A DNA stretch of 64,000 nt from assembly GCA_047495785.1 (NCBI GenBank), contig JBLDXI010000046.1:1054001-1118000 (forward strand). The letters are read 5' to 3'. A program made the translations under genes and the position numbers. This document shows positions 1 to 11,755 of this stretch, piece after piece. The DNA comes from Lepidodermella squamata (taxonomy: Eukaryota > Animalia > Gastrotricha). Positions within the stretch are counted from its first letter, which is position 1. Each line of letters starts with the position of its first letter. The notes below the pieces were generated by a model. The model was given only the letters and a program-made list of their open reading frames with translations, did not search any database and was not told where the DNA came from.

Positions 1-350
1 CAAGGGACACATTTCGGGCAAAAGCTGTAATTTAGTGAAAAATTTCAAAAAAGAAACTTGGAATAATTTTTGTAATGAAAAACCTCTCGGATCCCCGCTT
101 GGCATTGCGGAAATTCTGCGGCATTCTGGGCACATGATCGATGACTTATCCGGCTGATTGTTCACAATTCTGACCAGGCATCCGAGGCAGAAAGAATGCC
201 CGCAGGCAGGCAAAACCCTCGGATCAGAGTACAATTCGTAGCAAACTGGGCACGATAGCGACTGAAATTAAAATTCATGAATTAAAAATTAAGGCGGGCG
301 ATTCGAAAAATATTTACCGTTTGAACATTGCTTCTTCTGCGCTGGTTCAT
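1..350 (-). CDS. TRIM-like RING protein, 5' part (copy E; continues off the left edge)
   Basis: Manual translation: exon 1 350-318 MNQRRRSNVQT|gtaaat; exon 2 ~262-84 SLSCPVCYELYSDPRVLPACGHSFCLGCL...CPECR (C3HC4 RING); exon 3 begins ~26 (FARNVSL). Same exon layout as copies A-C. Confidence 0.85.
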
Positions 351-759
351 GATTATTTTTACTTTAATTAAGAAAATTTCCTAACAGATTGAAAAATTGG
401 AAACTAGACACTTTTAGCTTTGCAGGAATGAAATAGGGCGAATTCAGGAATTGACCTAATGCAAGAATTTTAATTTTTAAATTATAAATGATCTAAAATC
501 CGAACTTGGTTTTCCTTCAAATTTAGCCCGAAAAGTTTAACCCTAACCCAATTACGAAAAATTTTCCGAGCTTGGCCATAATTGGCAAAATAGAAAAATT
601 TAGCTAATTTTCTGGAAAATCAAGGATAAATTTCACATCTTCGGCCAAAATTACAGAATTTTCCGAGTGAAAGCATAATTTTTTCTCAAGTTACTCTCTA
701 TAGCAGCAGATTTATTGAAAACAGCGGAAGAAAATCTGGTACAATAGAATAAAATCTCG

Positions 760-966
760 CAAATACACCATGTTTCTTAAACAATTTGACAATTTCTGGC
801 TGTTTAATTTGTTTGGCCAGCGCCAAAGGTGTCACCTTGATTCAACCAGCTTCGACCAATTCCATATCCAATTTATTAAAATGATCCATAGCGTCGAAAA
901 ATGAACACTCGGCATCTTCAGCTATCAACGAAATGCGGCCCAAATATGTCGGAAAATTGGCGGTCT
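760..966 (-). pseudogene. Internally deleted relic of a TRIM-ankyrin gene
   Basis: DNA matches copy A 3' end (~3740-3815) fused directly to copy A exon 5 (~4545-4640); most ankyrin repeats are missing. Confidence 0.75.
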
Positions 967-1633
967 ACCAGAACAATTTCAAATTTTTCTGAACCGTGAA
1001 GTGGATAATTTTCGAAATTAACCAAAGTCCCGGGAAAACCTTTGGTTCTGCATTGATTTTGAGTTGCAAAAATGACAACAGAACGAAATTGCCACTTCGT
1101 TCAACTCGACTAGAATCCTAGCAATTTCAATTGAATTGCCACGTTTGCTTCTCGATCCATCCATAATGGTTTCGATCGCTTTCATATCGACGAGTCTTAC
1201 CCGTTCCACTTCGACTTAAATTGTCTGTTCTGCTCTCTTGGTTTGTCCATTTGTCTTCCAGGTCAAGGCTAAATCTATAAATATCTGTGCTATAAATAGC
1301 GTTCTAAAAATAGTCGCAATATTAGTTAGCAAAACAACGCCACCGTAGCCTATAGAGGGGCGCTAGAACCTTTTCGCTCGTAGTTCCAGCTGCAAAAGTT
1401 TCTAAACTGAAAATGAGCTTCACTTCATTGCAGAGGGTAGAATACTAAATAAATTAGTCATAAAAATATGCATACATTCTATCTAACAAAGCCTTTTGAA
1501 TTGCAGGCGAGCGGAAGAATTTTGTACCATGGAGCGGATAAAACTTATCCCGCAATGTTTCAGCTGTCTTGTTTTGCCGTAGGTGTTTGTTAGCAATGAC
1601 GAGCTTCGGTGCTATTTTCGTGCAAAAAACGCC

Positions 1634-1639
1634 TATAAA
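1634..1639 (+). promoter_or_regulatory. TATA box of PAN-domain gene 1
   Basis: TATAAA in context gcaaaaaacgccTATAAAtt, conserved upstream of the paralog at 41601. Confidence 0.6.
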
Positions 1640-1723
1640 TTGCCGCGCTAATCGCTCAGTTTTCATGTGCATTTTTTCAAACCAACTTCAAGACCTTTCT
1701 CTCTTCAGTTTCAAATTCGAGCC

Positions 1724-2120
1724 ATGTCTATCAAGCTTGCAACCGTCGTTGCCCTGGTGTTTTTCGCTGGCTTATGCGCGGCGGGTAAGCGTTTTCACGG
1801 GAAAATAAGAAGATTTTATTCATAATTCTTTAATCTGTGCAGACTACCAAGAGGAGGAAACTTACGACTGTCGAGCTGTTTCGGGCACAGACTACAGAAC
1901 CGAAAGCGTGGGCAACATGATCAAGAAAATTTTCTACACCGAACAGAACCAGATAACTCCAGGCGATTGCATGGATCTCTGCGATGCGGATCCCAAGTGT
2001 AAAGCCATCTCATATATTAATGCATGGGTGTCAAGATATCAAAAGAGGTGTTTCCTTCTGACATCTTGCGCTAAATTCAAGAAGCTAGACAGAAACGGCT
2101 TTCACTACATCAAAGTTTGA
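1724..2120 (+). CDS. Small secreted PAN/apple-like Cys-rich protein (2 exons: 1724-1784, 1843-2120)
   Basis: Signal peptide MSIKLATVVALVFFAGLCAA; GT-AG phase-1 intron; exon 2 has C..CMDLC...KCKAISY...RCFLL..C (PAN-like CxxxC..C.A..Y..C); AATAAA at ~2199. Confidence 0.8.
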
Positions 2121-2479
2121 ATCCAAGTAATCCCGACCCATTGCGATGCGAAGAGATCAGATCAGATGCAATGCGAGCCTGCTTGAAAAGCTTGATCAAA
2201 TAAAATGTCGAGTAAATAAAAACGCTTGTTCTTCACTTGTACGGAAGGGTTGACAAGTTTAGGAAAAACGTAGTATGTAAAGCTGCGGTTATTCAAATCG
2301 CCAACGAATGACGCGGCATTCTACGCAGCTACAACACGAAATTAAGAAATGAAGCTCTTTTCGGCGGAAATTATAGCCTTGAAAACTGAAAATAAGCCGA
2401 CGCGGAAAGGGCCGAGTAGTTGAATTGAATACAGCTGCTGAATTTCGGTCGATCGCTTTGCCGTCATCGCTCCCCAAGA

Positions 2480-2930
2480 TTAGGATTTTTTATTAAAAAT
2501 TCCTTACAACCATGAATACCGGAACTGCTTCACTTTGGCTTGGCAGAAATAAAATCGGTCAACCTTTGGACTTTGAAAATAAGTTCATTTTTTTCAATTA
2601 ATTAAAATTCTTCAAAATCCGTAAGTGGTTTTCTATAAAATTGCGCCTGAAATTAAAGGGGAATTCATGAATATGCAAATTAGCACCCAAGGTTACCGAA
2701 TAAATTTCAAGCGAGGATTTTTGATTAAATTAGTAAAAATTCCTACAAACATGAATTACCGGAACTGCTGCGTTGTTGGCTTGGCAGGAATGAAATCGGT
2801 CAACCTTTACACATCGAAAATAAGCAAGTGCGATAATTTTAGCTAATTTGTTTCTTCAATTAATTAAAATTCTTCAAAATCCGTAACTGGTTTTCTTTAA
2901 AATTGCGCCCGAAATTTAAGGGGGACTCTT
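2480..2930. repeat. Imperfect tandem duplication (~240-bp unit)
   Basis: ggcttggcag...aaatcggtcaaccttt...aattaaaattcttcaaaatccgtaa..tggttttct occurs at ~2537 and ~2778; atgaatatgcaaattagcacccaaggttaccgaa recurs at ~2667 and ~3487. Confidence 0.75.
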
Positions 2931-2934
2931 AAAA

Positions 2935-3486
2935 TTAATGAACATAAACATAAAAATCTTTATTGTTGTCCTCTTTCCAAATAACAAAATACACAAAATA
3001 ACTCTCTAATAATACTATGGAACAAGAGGCGCGTGCTAGTAAGATGTATCCATGCTCATCATATTGATGGGGCACGTAAGAGACGGAGAGGGAGATGGCG
3101 AGGGTTTTATCAGTTGCAGGGTAGTTATCGATAGCAGAGAGAAACACATTACAGAGAATTGCGGTAAGAGTAAAAAGGAGAAAAATGGCGGAGACAACGG
3201 TAGCTAACTGAGGAATTTTATAAAAAAGCAAGGCAGCCTGTAGAGGAAAGAAAAACAACATGAAAGAAGAGGTGAAGAAAAAAGAGGGAAGATATGGGAG
3301 AGAAGATGGGAGAAAAGAGAATAACAGCCTAGCCTATGAAGTCTGGCAGAGGACCACGAGGAAGTCTGTTGCTCAACAGCACGAAGGGCGAGCGTGGAGG
3401 GGGGCGGGCCATCAGGCGGACGCTCTCGAGGTCCTCGCGCAGCGGCAGGACAAACTGAGCGGCTTTGGCGACATAACGGCGCTGGT
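2935..3486 (-). mobile_element. Probable 5'-truncated non-LTR retrotransposon 3' end
   Basis: Minus strand: GC-rich ORF tail QRRYVAKAAQFVLPLREDLESVRLMARPPPRSPFVLL...*, pyrimidine-rich 3' UTR, then AATAAA and a tttatg-tttatg tail. Composition differs from the flanks. Confidence 0.45.
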
Positions 3487-3735
3487 ATGAATATGCAAAT
3501 TAGCACCCAAGGTTACCGAAAAATTTCAAGGGTTATCCTAATACGTTTAAAAATCTGCTAAATATAGAAAACATTCTGGAGAATCGGAGATCACGTTCCC
3601 CACTTTTGCTGTAAATTCCAGAATTTTCCGAGTAAAAGCATGATTTTGTCCCAAATTACTCCTCGCTACGAAACTTCTCTAAAACAACAGTTTTATTGGA
3701 AACAGCGGAGGAAAGCCTGATACGATAGAATAAAA

Positions 3736-6700
3736 TCAAGCAAATACACCATGTTTCTCAAACAATTTGACAATATCTGGCAGCTCGTTTTCTGTGGCCA
3801 GCGCCAAAGGTGTCAGTCCATCTCCATTTTTCGACTTAGCCAGCTTGATACGATTTTCCAAGAAAAATTCGACGCCCTCCTCCCACTCGTTTTCCACGGC
3901 AATATGCAGCAAGGTGTTGTCCGAATATTTCCCATCTACAACCCGGTATGTTTCGCCCTGTTCAACCAACAACTTGACCTTTTCTAAATTGCTTTTATGG
4001 GTCGCGAAAACTAAGGCAGTCCGGCCGAAATCGTCGGCCATATTCAACGGCGCTTTAAATTCATCGATCAAAACTCGAACGATCTCAGCGGAAGCGCTGT
4101 ATTTCGCGGCGAAATGAAGGGCGTGGAACCCATTTTTCGAGCAAATCTCCGATTTCGCCAACTCGGGGTCGAAATTCAAAATCGAACGAACGATTTCGAT
4201 GTAGGATTTTTTGATAGCGATTTGCAGGCTACGGCAGATCACGTCACCCTTAGAGTCGTGTTTTTCGTCTTTCGAGGCCTGGAGGAAAAAGTCGACGACT
4301 TCAGGTGCACAAGCAGATACAGCTTCTTCGAATAAACTGATTTCATCTTCGAATTCGTCGAAAATTGAGTCATCGCTAGCCAGTTGAGGGTAGAACAACT
4401 TGGCCCGTACAATATTAGCACGAGCGGCGGCGTGGCGAAGTTTTGTAAGAATAGCAATTTCCTAAAAAATTGTTGGAAAAATCTGAAATTTGAAAGAAAA
4501 ACGTGATAATTTACGTTGTCCTGTTGTTCCGTTTCACCAACTTCTTCGACGAACTCCATTTCCAATTCATTAAATTGATCGATAGCGTCGAAAAATGTAC
4601 ACTCGGCATCTTCAGCCATCAACGAAATGCGGCCCAAATAGGTCGAAAATTTTGCGGTCTGAAAATCTGAATAAAATGTGGTTCGAACCAATTCTGATTT
4701 GACATACCTCTTCCCAAGACTGTCCGATTTTCAATCTCAGCTCAGCAATTTTGCTCAATTTGTGATGGATGACAGAATGATTGCTGAGTATAATCGCGTC
4801 TTCGAGACATTTTTTGTCGACTTTCATCGCGAGATTATTTCGGGCTATTTCTCGCATTTTTTCGCCAATTTCGTCGGCTTGAGTTTCCAATTTGGCTTTC
4901 AACTTGGCTATCGCCTCTGAAAATTCCGCCTCAAAAGCTGCGATCAAAGACTTCGCCTTATTTTTTGCTTTTTCGACTTCATCCTCTGTGTATTTCAGCC
5001 AATCGCCAAGTTGATTTCCATCTGTGACCACTGCATGGCGATCAATTATCTAAAAATTAATTATTTTAATTTTAGGTGGTTCATTTAATTGCATCAACAA
5101 ATTTCAAAAATAAAATAAAATGTTTGTTAATATGAGTAAAAATATAATTATCGATATAATTATCGAATAAAGCCGACCTTATTAGTGAAATAAATCATCA
5201 AATTTTAGAATAATCCCAGAAAAAAATGAAACTAAAATTTCAGAAAAATTAAGCAAAAATGTGAAAATAATACCATTTTCCGAAGCTTGAGAATTTCATG
5301 CTTCAACTTTTCAGCATGTACGAATCGGCAGCCTTCGCAAAACATAGCTTCACAGTGGTCGCATTTTTCAGGCTGGGCCGATACAGCGAGATGAATGCAG
5401 TCATCTTGATTCGATTCATTGGCATCACTCGTCAAGCTATTTTTCAAAGCCTCCATTGTTCTATTCAGCGCGATGTTTCGAGGTAAAACTAGAGTTATAA
5501 AAGCTGAATCTAAGGTTATGAGGGCTAAACAGATAAATCGAACCTTCCGAATCACCCTGTGGGATAGCGGAGATTGATCGACATTCGGGACATTCGATGT
5601 TAAGCTTCGGTGAGCGTGACGCCAAAATTTGGACGAGGCAACCTTTGCAAAATGAATGGCCACAAACTGGCAGCACCCTTGGGTCGACATATAAATCGTG
5701 GCATATTGAGCAGATCAATGACTTAAGTAAAAAAACAAGAAAATGTTTAGGGGTCTTATTTTCAGCGGAACAAAATTCGAATATTTAAAAAGCTAAAAAT
5801 CGACAATTTTTTGGATTTTTTCGGTTGATCTTCAGAAATTCAAATAAATTTAGGTAACATTTAGCATTTTTTCGGTATGAAACTTTCATCGTCATTTCGA
5901 CAACCTGTCTTTATTTAACCAAATTATTCGAAAAATGACGCTTAAGAATTTATTGGGTGGTATTCTCGAAGCGGTTAATCCGGCAATGAGCGCTTTCTTT
6001 AAAACCAATTTTCAAATTTTGCAGCCGAACTGTTTCAAACCCCCTGTTAAAACCGCCTGTTCAGTCCAAATTTACCCATGAGCTGGCAGACCTGAACCCT
6101 ACCGGGTTCACAATTTTAGAGTTTATTTTCCAGTAAAATCAGATTTCAGCTTCTCATTAACGAGAAAATCAAGCCACCAGTTTAGAAATTCGGATATCAC
6201 GAGTAATCAACATTTCAGCAGATTGAAAATCGACCTGAAGACAGGACTGCCATCGATGCCGGCAAAAATTGAGAAAACGGCGTCGTGTTCACCTTCAATT
6301 TCTTCCTCTTCAATGTCATGCGACACCGTACTGGCCGAAATTCTCATGCAAACCGTGTCGAATCAAGGTGAACTTGTCCAAATAATTAAGCTGTTTCTGG
6401 AGAAGCTACTTGAGAAAATGCTGTTGCTTACCGGTCCGCTGCCACCGCAAAACCAGCCCCCGCCGCCATTTGGAGGGTTCGCTATGACGTCGTATTACGA
6501 GCTGTGAAGTAATCAAGCATGAATTCGAGCTTCGAGCAAGCATGAACTGAAGTCACTGTTCAAAATAACTGTGCTAAATTGTACCAAGAGTTCTGATATA
6601 CTTTAATAGAGCAGAAATCCTCAATTTCGGCCTCTTCCTAAATGTGGCCGCTACGACCCAATATGAACACAGGGCAGCAGTTTTTTAGCTCGAAATCCGA

Positions 6701-8273
6701 GAATTTTGCCTGTTTCAATCTGTTTCATGATTTTTCATGAGGGGGCTCATTTTTGCAAATGCTTTTTTTATTATAAACACCTGAGGTTCACGTCGTCAAG
6801 GAAAAGCTCCAAGGTAAAGCAATAAAGGCAATTTCCAAACTCAGCTTGTCGAGACGAATTTAAAAATATCAAACTCAAGCTGGTTCCCTTATTTCGGCCA
6901 GGAGTCCAGGTTACTACTAAATTAGCCATAAATGAAGGTAAAATCGTCCGGACTTGCGGAAACCGGCATTGGATAGCCCGAGAACTCCTCTACATATTCC
7001 TGTTTTTTGCCAATTATTTTCCGAAAATTCACCTGGGTGGCAAAGTAAAAAAAACCCAAAAATAGGCCGAATTTAGGGCGCAGTGCTCTAACTTGCTGCG
7101 TGCACCTTGAAACTTATTTCATGTTTTCCCCAACATTTTATTGCCTCAATTAATCATTTTTACACAACGCAATTAATCTACAACGTGTCCCAGAAGTAAA
7201 ACACAAGCTAAGAAAATACACGGCAAAGGGTTCAGAAACTCTAAAATGAGAGACGAAGTCACATGTCATGGCCAGAAAGATTTTAGAAAACTTCAAAAAA
7301 TCACGAGAAAAGTAATCGAAGTATAATGTCACTTGTTAATGGGAATGAAAAATTCCGGATAAATTTGGTCCAAATAGGTAAATTACCGAAAATACCGAAC
7401 CAGTTACCATTGGGGTTTTCCGGGTTTACTCGGGAAAATTTTCCACTTCTTTGGTTAAATCGCGGATGAAAGATGGAATATTCTCTCGGTAGGTTTAATT
7501 TTTTTTAAATTAGTTGAATTTTCTACAAAAGGTTGCCAAATTAAAAAATAGTTGCAAAGTGGCCACGCTGTATAAAGTGTCTACAGAAACTGAACTCGTT
7601 TTATATAATATGCAAGAGTAAGCTCTTGGTTTTGTTTAAACCGAAAATGTTTTCTGATTGGTCTTATAAAAATAGGATTAAATGTAAATTGCTTCGAGAA
7701 TACAACCCATTCAGTTTGGTGCCGAATTCTAAAATTTAGTCCCTTTTAGAGATATCCTGAAAAATTCGCACCTTAAATTTAGGGTTCCAGCACTATATTT
7801 GAGACTCCAGCACTAGATCTCCTGAATATGGTTTTTCGAAATTCTAGTCTTCACTAGAATCTCAATTTTGTTGTTATCATGCCCACTCGATGGACCTTCA
7901 TATTACGCGCATTTCGCACTATGAGCGGTCAGTTTACGAATTATTTTTCATCCTATGGAGCCGACATCGATTCCAAGTATTGATTTTACAAATCAGTGAT
8001 TTTCCCGATATCAGCCGTCTTGGAACCCAATATCGATAATTTTTCTACGTAGCTTGGGACACCAGGTAGCTAAAATAAAAAATCCCAGGATCAGATCGAT
8101 CAAAAACCGAAAACGCCGAAATCGCAAAGAATCTGAAAAATTTAGTGCCAGGACGCTCAAATTTAGTGCTGGAACCTCATTTTTAGTGGTGGAAATATTT
8201 GGTAAAAAAATCGCCAACTAACCATTTGAACGTTGCTCATTTTCCGAACTTTCTCGGGCGGTGAATCACTCAT
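3736..8273 (-). CDS. TRIM-like RING/B-box-like/coiled-coil/ankyrin-repeat protein, copy A (6 exons)
   Basis: Exon 1 8273-8223 MSDSPPEKVRKMSNVQM|gttagt (homologous to copy B exon 1), ~2.5-kb intron; RING exon ~5722-5544; LPRNIAL + CIH..CDHC..FCEGC..H exon; coiled-coil exons 5050-4500; ankyrin exon ~4460-3736 (ALHFAAK, GRTALVFA, TLLHIAV, TPLALA). Confidence 0.85.
7181..7570. mobile_element. Tc1/mariner-type MITE
   Basis: TA-flanked imperfect TIRs (ta|caacgtgtcccagaag ... gtggccacgctg|ta). The core gaaccagttacc.t.ggggttttc recurs at ~9990 (reverse), ~11350 and ~27190. Confidence 0.6.
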
Positions 8274-8372
8274 TTTTCAGCGCAAAAATTCTAAAATTAA
8301 AAATTAAGGCCAACAATAACAATTTAGTAAAACCTTAGAAATGGAAAGACTGATGTTATTCGAAAATGCACG

Positions 8373-11013
8373 CTATTCGAAAATGCCATGCTTCTGAAAC
8401 AACTTAACAATCCGTTGGAGTTTCATGTGTTCAGCCATTGCGAACGGCGTCATGTCTTCGACGTTTTTAACTGAAGCCAAACTTTTATCGCGTGCCAAAA
8501 AAAATTCAACGCCTTCTTGCCAGTCATTTGCAACAGCCAGGTGCAGCGCCGTATTTCCCCAGTGTCGTTGATCGATTACAGACGTGTTCTCGCCTCTTTC
8601 AATGAGGAGCTTGATCGTGCTCAGATTATAATTTTTATGAGCCGCTAGAATTAAGGCAGAACGGCCGTAATAGTCGGCTTCATTCATCGGGGCTTTGAAC
8701 TCATCGATCAACATTTTAACAGTAACATCGGAATAATCGTATTTCGCAGCGAAATGAAGCGCGTAGAACCCAGTTTTCGAGCACAGCCTCGTTGTAGCAA
8801 ATTCTGGGTAGAATTTCAAAATTGCTCGTACGATACCTGGACTTGAGTCTTTCAAAGCTTTCTGCAGGCCATTGCAAATCATCTCTGCTTTCAAATCGTG
8901 CTCCTCATCTTTAGTAGAATCGAGAAAAAATTCGACAATTTCCGAATTTCCTCCGTTAACGGCTTGTTCGAAAATACAAGTATCCGTATCCAAATTGCCG
9001 AATATCGAATCGTATGAGGCTAATTGAGGAAAATAAATCTTAGCCCGCTCTAGATTTCCGGTTGAAGCGGCGTGGTTAAGTTTAAAATAGGTGGAATTGT
9101 CCTAAACAAAAAATCGAAGGTAAAGTCGAATAAAAACCTTGAATTTTACATACCTTATCGTCTTGTTCAGAATCGCAATGGCCACGACTGAAGAATTGAA
9201 TATCCAATTTTTGAAATTCGTCGATAGCATCAAACAATTTCACCTCTGCTTCGTCAGCGCTCAAGGCAATGTGGCCCACATTTGACGAAAATCCCGCAAT
9301 CTGAAATTTGGCATTATTAAAATATTCTGGAAAAAAAATTGAGGAAAACCTCATGCCAAGATTTGCTAATCTGCGATCTCAGCTCAGAAATGTCTTTGAG
9401 TTTGTATTTCATAACTGAACTGCCGCTAAGTTTCAACGCATCTTGAAGAGTTTTTTCGTCAACTTTCGCCGTGAGATTGGCCCGCGCATTGTTTCGCATT
9501 TTTTCGCCGATTTCTGCCACTTGGGCTTCTAGCTTGGTCTTCAATTTCGCCATTGATTCCGAAAATTCCGCCTCAAAACCAGCGATCAAGGTTTTAATTT
9601 TGCCCCTTGCTTTCTCGACTTCGGCGTCGGCATATCCGAGCCAGTCACCGAGTTTACTCTCGTCCGTCACTTCTGAATGACGCTCAATTATCTGGAAAAT
9701 AAAGTGAGTAAAATTCTCGGAATTTTCGGAAACGAAAACTGAGAACTTGGAGCTAAATTTTTATAGAATTTTTTTTATTTTGGAATAGCTATAGCGCATA
9801 TTATAACCATGGGATCTGTCGACTGGAATTTTTAATTGAAGTGTCCCAAAAAAAGTTGCGCAACCCTTTTCTATAGTTTTGCATGATTTTTCAGCCAATT
9901 TATCAATTTTTCTAAAATTAAACCTACCGGGATCATCTCAAAGCAATTTTCGTCGAAGAAATTTAAAATAAACCCGAAAAAACCCTATGGTAACTGGTTT
10001 GGTAATTATCGGTATTTTACCAGGTAGCACCAAATTTGGCAGACCGTCATCACAGCAAATACCCGAAACAGCAAACGCGACAAAACAGCAAATTTTACAA
10101 CTTGCGACATAACAGCAGAAACACGGTGCATCTTTTGCACAGAAGTTTTCGCTGTTTTGTCGCGAAATAAAAAATTTGCTGTTTTGTCGCATTCGCTGTT
10201 CTGCGAAATTGCTTTTTTGTCGCTGTACCCCAAATTTTGCTGATTTTTTTATTCACTAAATTTTACCATTCTCACGATATTTGAATTTTTCCTAATTTCA
10301 GAATTTCTGACCTCTTTTCCGTGATTTGTTGTTGTTGTTGCGTCACTATATGAGGATGTTGTATAACAAGCTATAAGTAGTCCATGGCTCAGTAATTCGG
10401 CCAAAATTTAGTTCAAAATATTGAAATGTATGCAATTTACCTGCTCTCGTAGCTCGAGAATTTCCTGCTTCAAATGTTCAGCATGGACGAATCGGCAGCC
10501 TTCGCACAGCATAGCGTCGCAATGGTCGCATTTTTCAGGCTCAGGCGATATAGCGACATGAATGCAGTGGAGCGGCCTCAATTTATAGGGATTGGCGTCA
10601 GCATTTTCAAGTGAACTTTTCAAAGCATCAACTGCTCTCATCAAAGCAATGTTGCGAGGTAGAGCTTGAGTCATCAAAAGTTGTAATTAAAATTATCGCA
10701 AGGGATCATAAAATAATCAAACCTTGGATATCACAGTTTGGGATCCTTGATATCGATCGACATTCAGGGCATTCGATGTTGTGTTTCGCACGCTGTGGTG
10801 CCATTATTTGACCTAGGCAACTCGTGCAAAACGAATGGCCACAAACTGGCAGCACCCTTGGTTCGACGTAAAAATCGTGGCAAATCGAGCAAATCAGTGA
10901 CTGAAGTGAAAAAAACCCAAAGTAATATAGTTTCAAATGGATAAATAATTTTGTGAACTAACCATATGCATATTGCTCATCTTTTGAATTTTCTTGGGCG
11001 GCGAGTCACTCAT
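8373..11013 (-). CDS. TRIM-like RING/B-box-like/coiled-coil/ankyrin-repeat protein, copy B
   Basis: Exon 1 MSDSPPKKIQKMSNMHM; RING exon in ORF 10706-10936; ORFs 10408-10677, 9317-9670, 9082-9354 and 8373-8993 splice in the same order as copy A. Confidence 0.88.
10050..10230. repeat. Foldback/MITE-like element of acagcaaa / gcgacaaaacagc subrepeats
   Basis: gcgacaaaacagcaaa in the left half is mirrored by repeated gctgttttgtcgc in the right half. Confidence 0.55.
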
Positions 11014-11229
11014 TTTCCCAATTAAATTTCTAAAATTCGTGGGAAATTAGTCCGTAAAGAAAAAATAGAAAACTTCGAATATAATAAGCTATTTGATTTT
11101 GACCCTAGAAAGTAACCCAGGCTTTCATTACACAATTTTAAGTCACTATCCTTGGAATAATTTGTGTAAACACGTGGTTAGGCGAGCAGGATGTTCAAAC
11201 ACAAGCTGTTTCAATCGTATTCGCAATCG

Positions 11230-11526
11230 TATAGATTTGTAGAAAAATTCGAAAAATCGCGATAATAGTAATCAAGTATGTCACTTGTCATTTGGATTAA
11301 AAACGTCCGAAGAACATTTGTCCAACCAGGTAAAATACCGAAAATTACTGAACCAGTTACCATCGGGGTTTTCCGGGTATTCTCCGGTAAATTTTTAATT
11401 TCTTCGGTTAAATCGAGGATAAAGATGGAATATTCTCTCGGTAAGTTTAATTTAATAAAATCAATTGAATTTCCCACAAAAAGTTGCCAGATTAAAAAAT
11501 AGTTGCGCAACTTCTGGGACACGCTG
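11230..11526. mobile_element. Partial copy of the Tc1/mariner-type MITE
   Basis: Aligns with ~7280-7570; ends cttctgggacacgctg|ta. Confidence 0.6.
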
Positions 11527-11755
11527 TATATAAAACAAACAGAATAGACGTGAATAGGATTCCGCTATAGGGAAGACTTAATCCTAAAATTAGGGAGCTA
11601 AAATTGTCTAACCAACTCAATCATAAAAATTAGAAAAATAAATAAACCGAGACAGCGGCAGATTATGACACCGCTCAACTATTTGTTTACATTTTTATTT
11701 GACACGAAAATGGAAAAAAGATTAAAAAAACGGGGAATTTCAGTTCGAGCCTTTG

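Noticed and set aside
3751-4335. Plus-strand ORFs over ankyrin exons, and similar antisense ORFs over furin and Polinton genes
   Set aside because: Shadow frames of well-supported opposite-strand genes.
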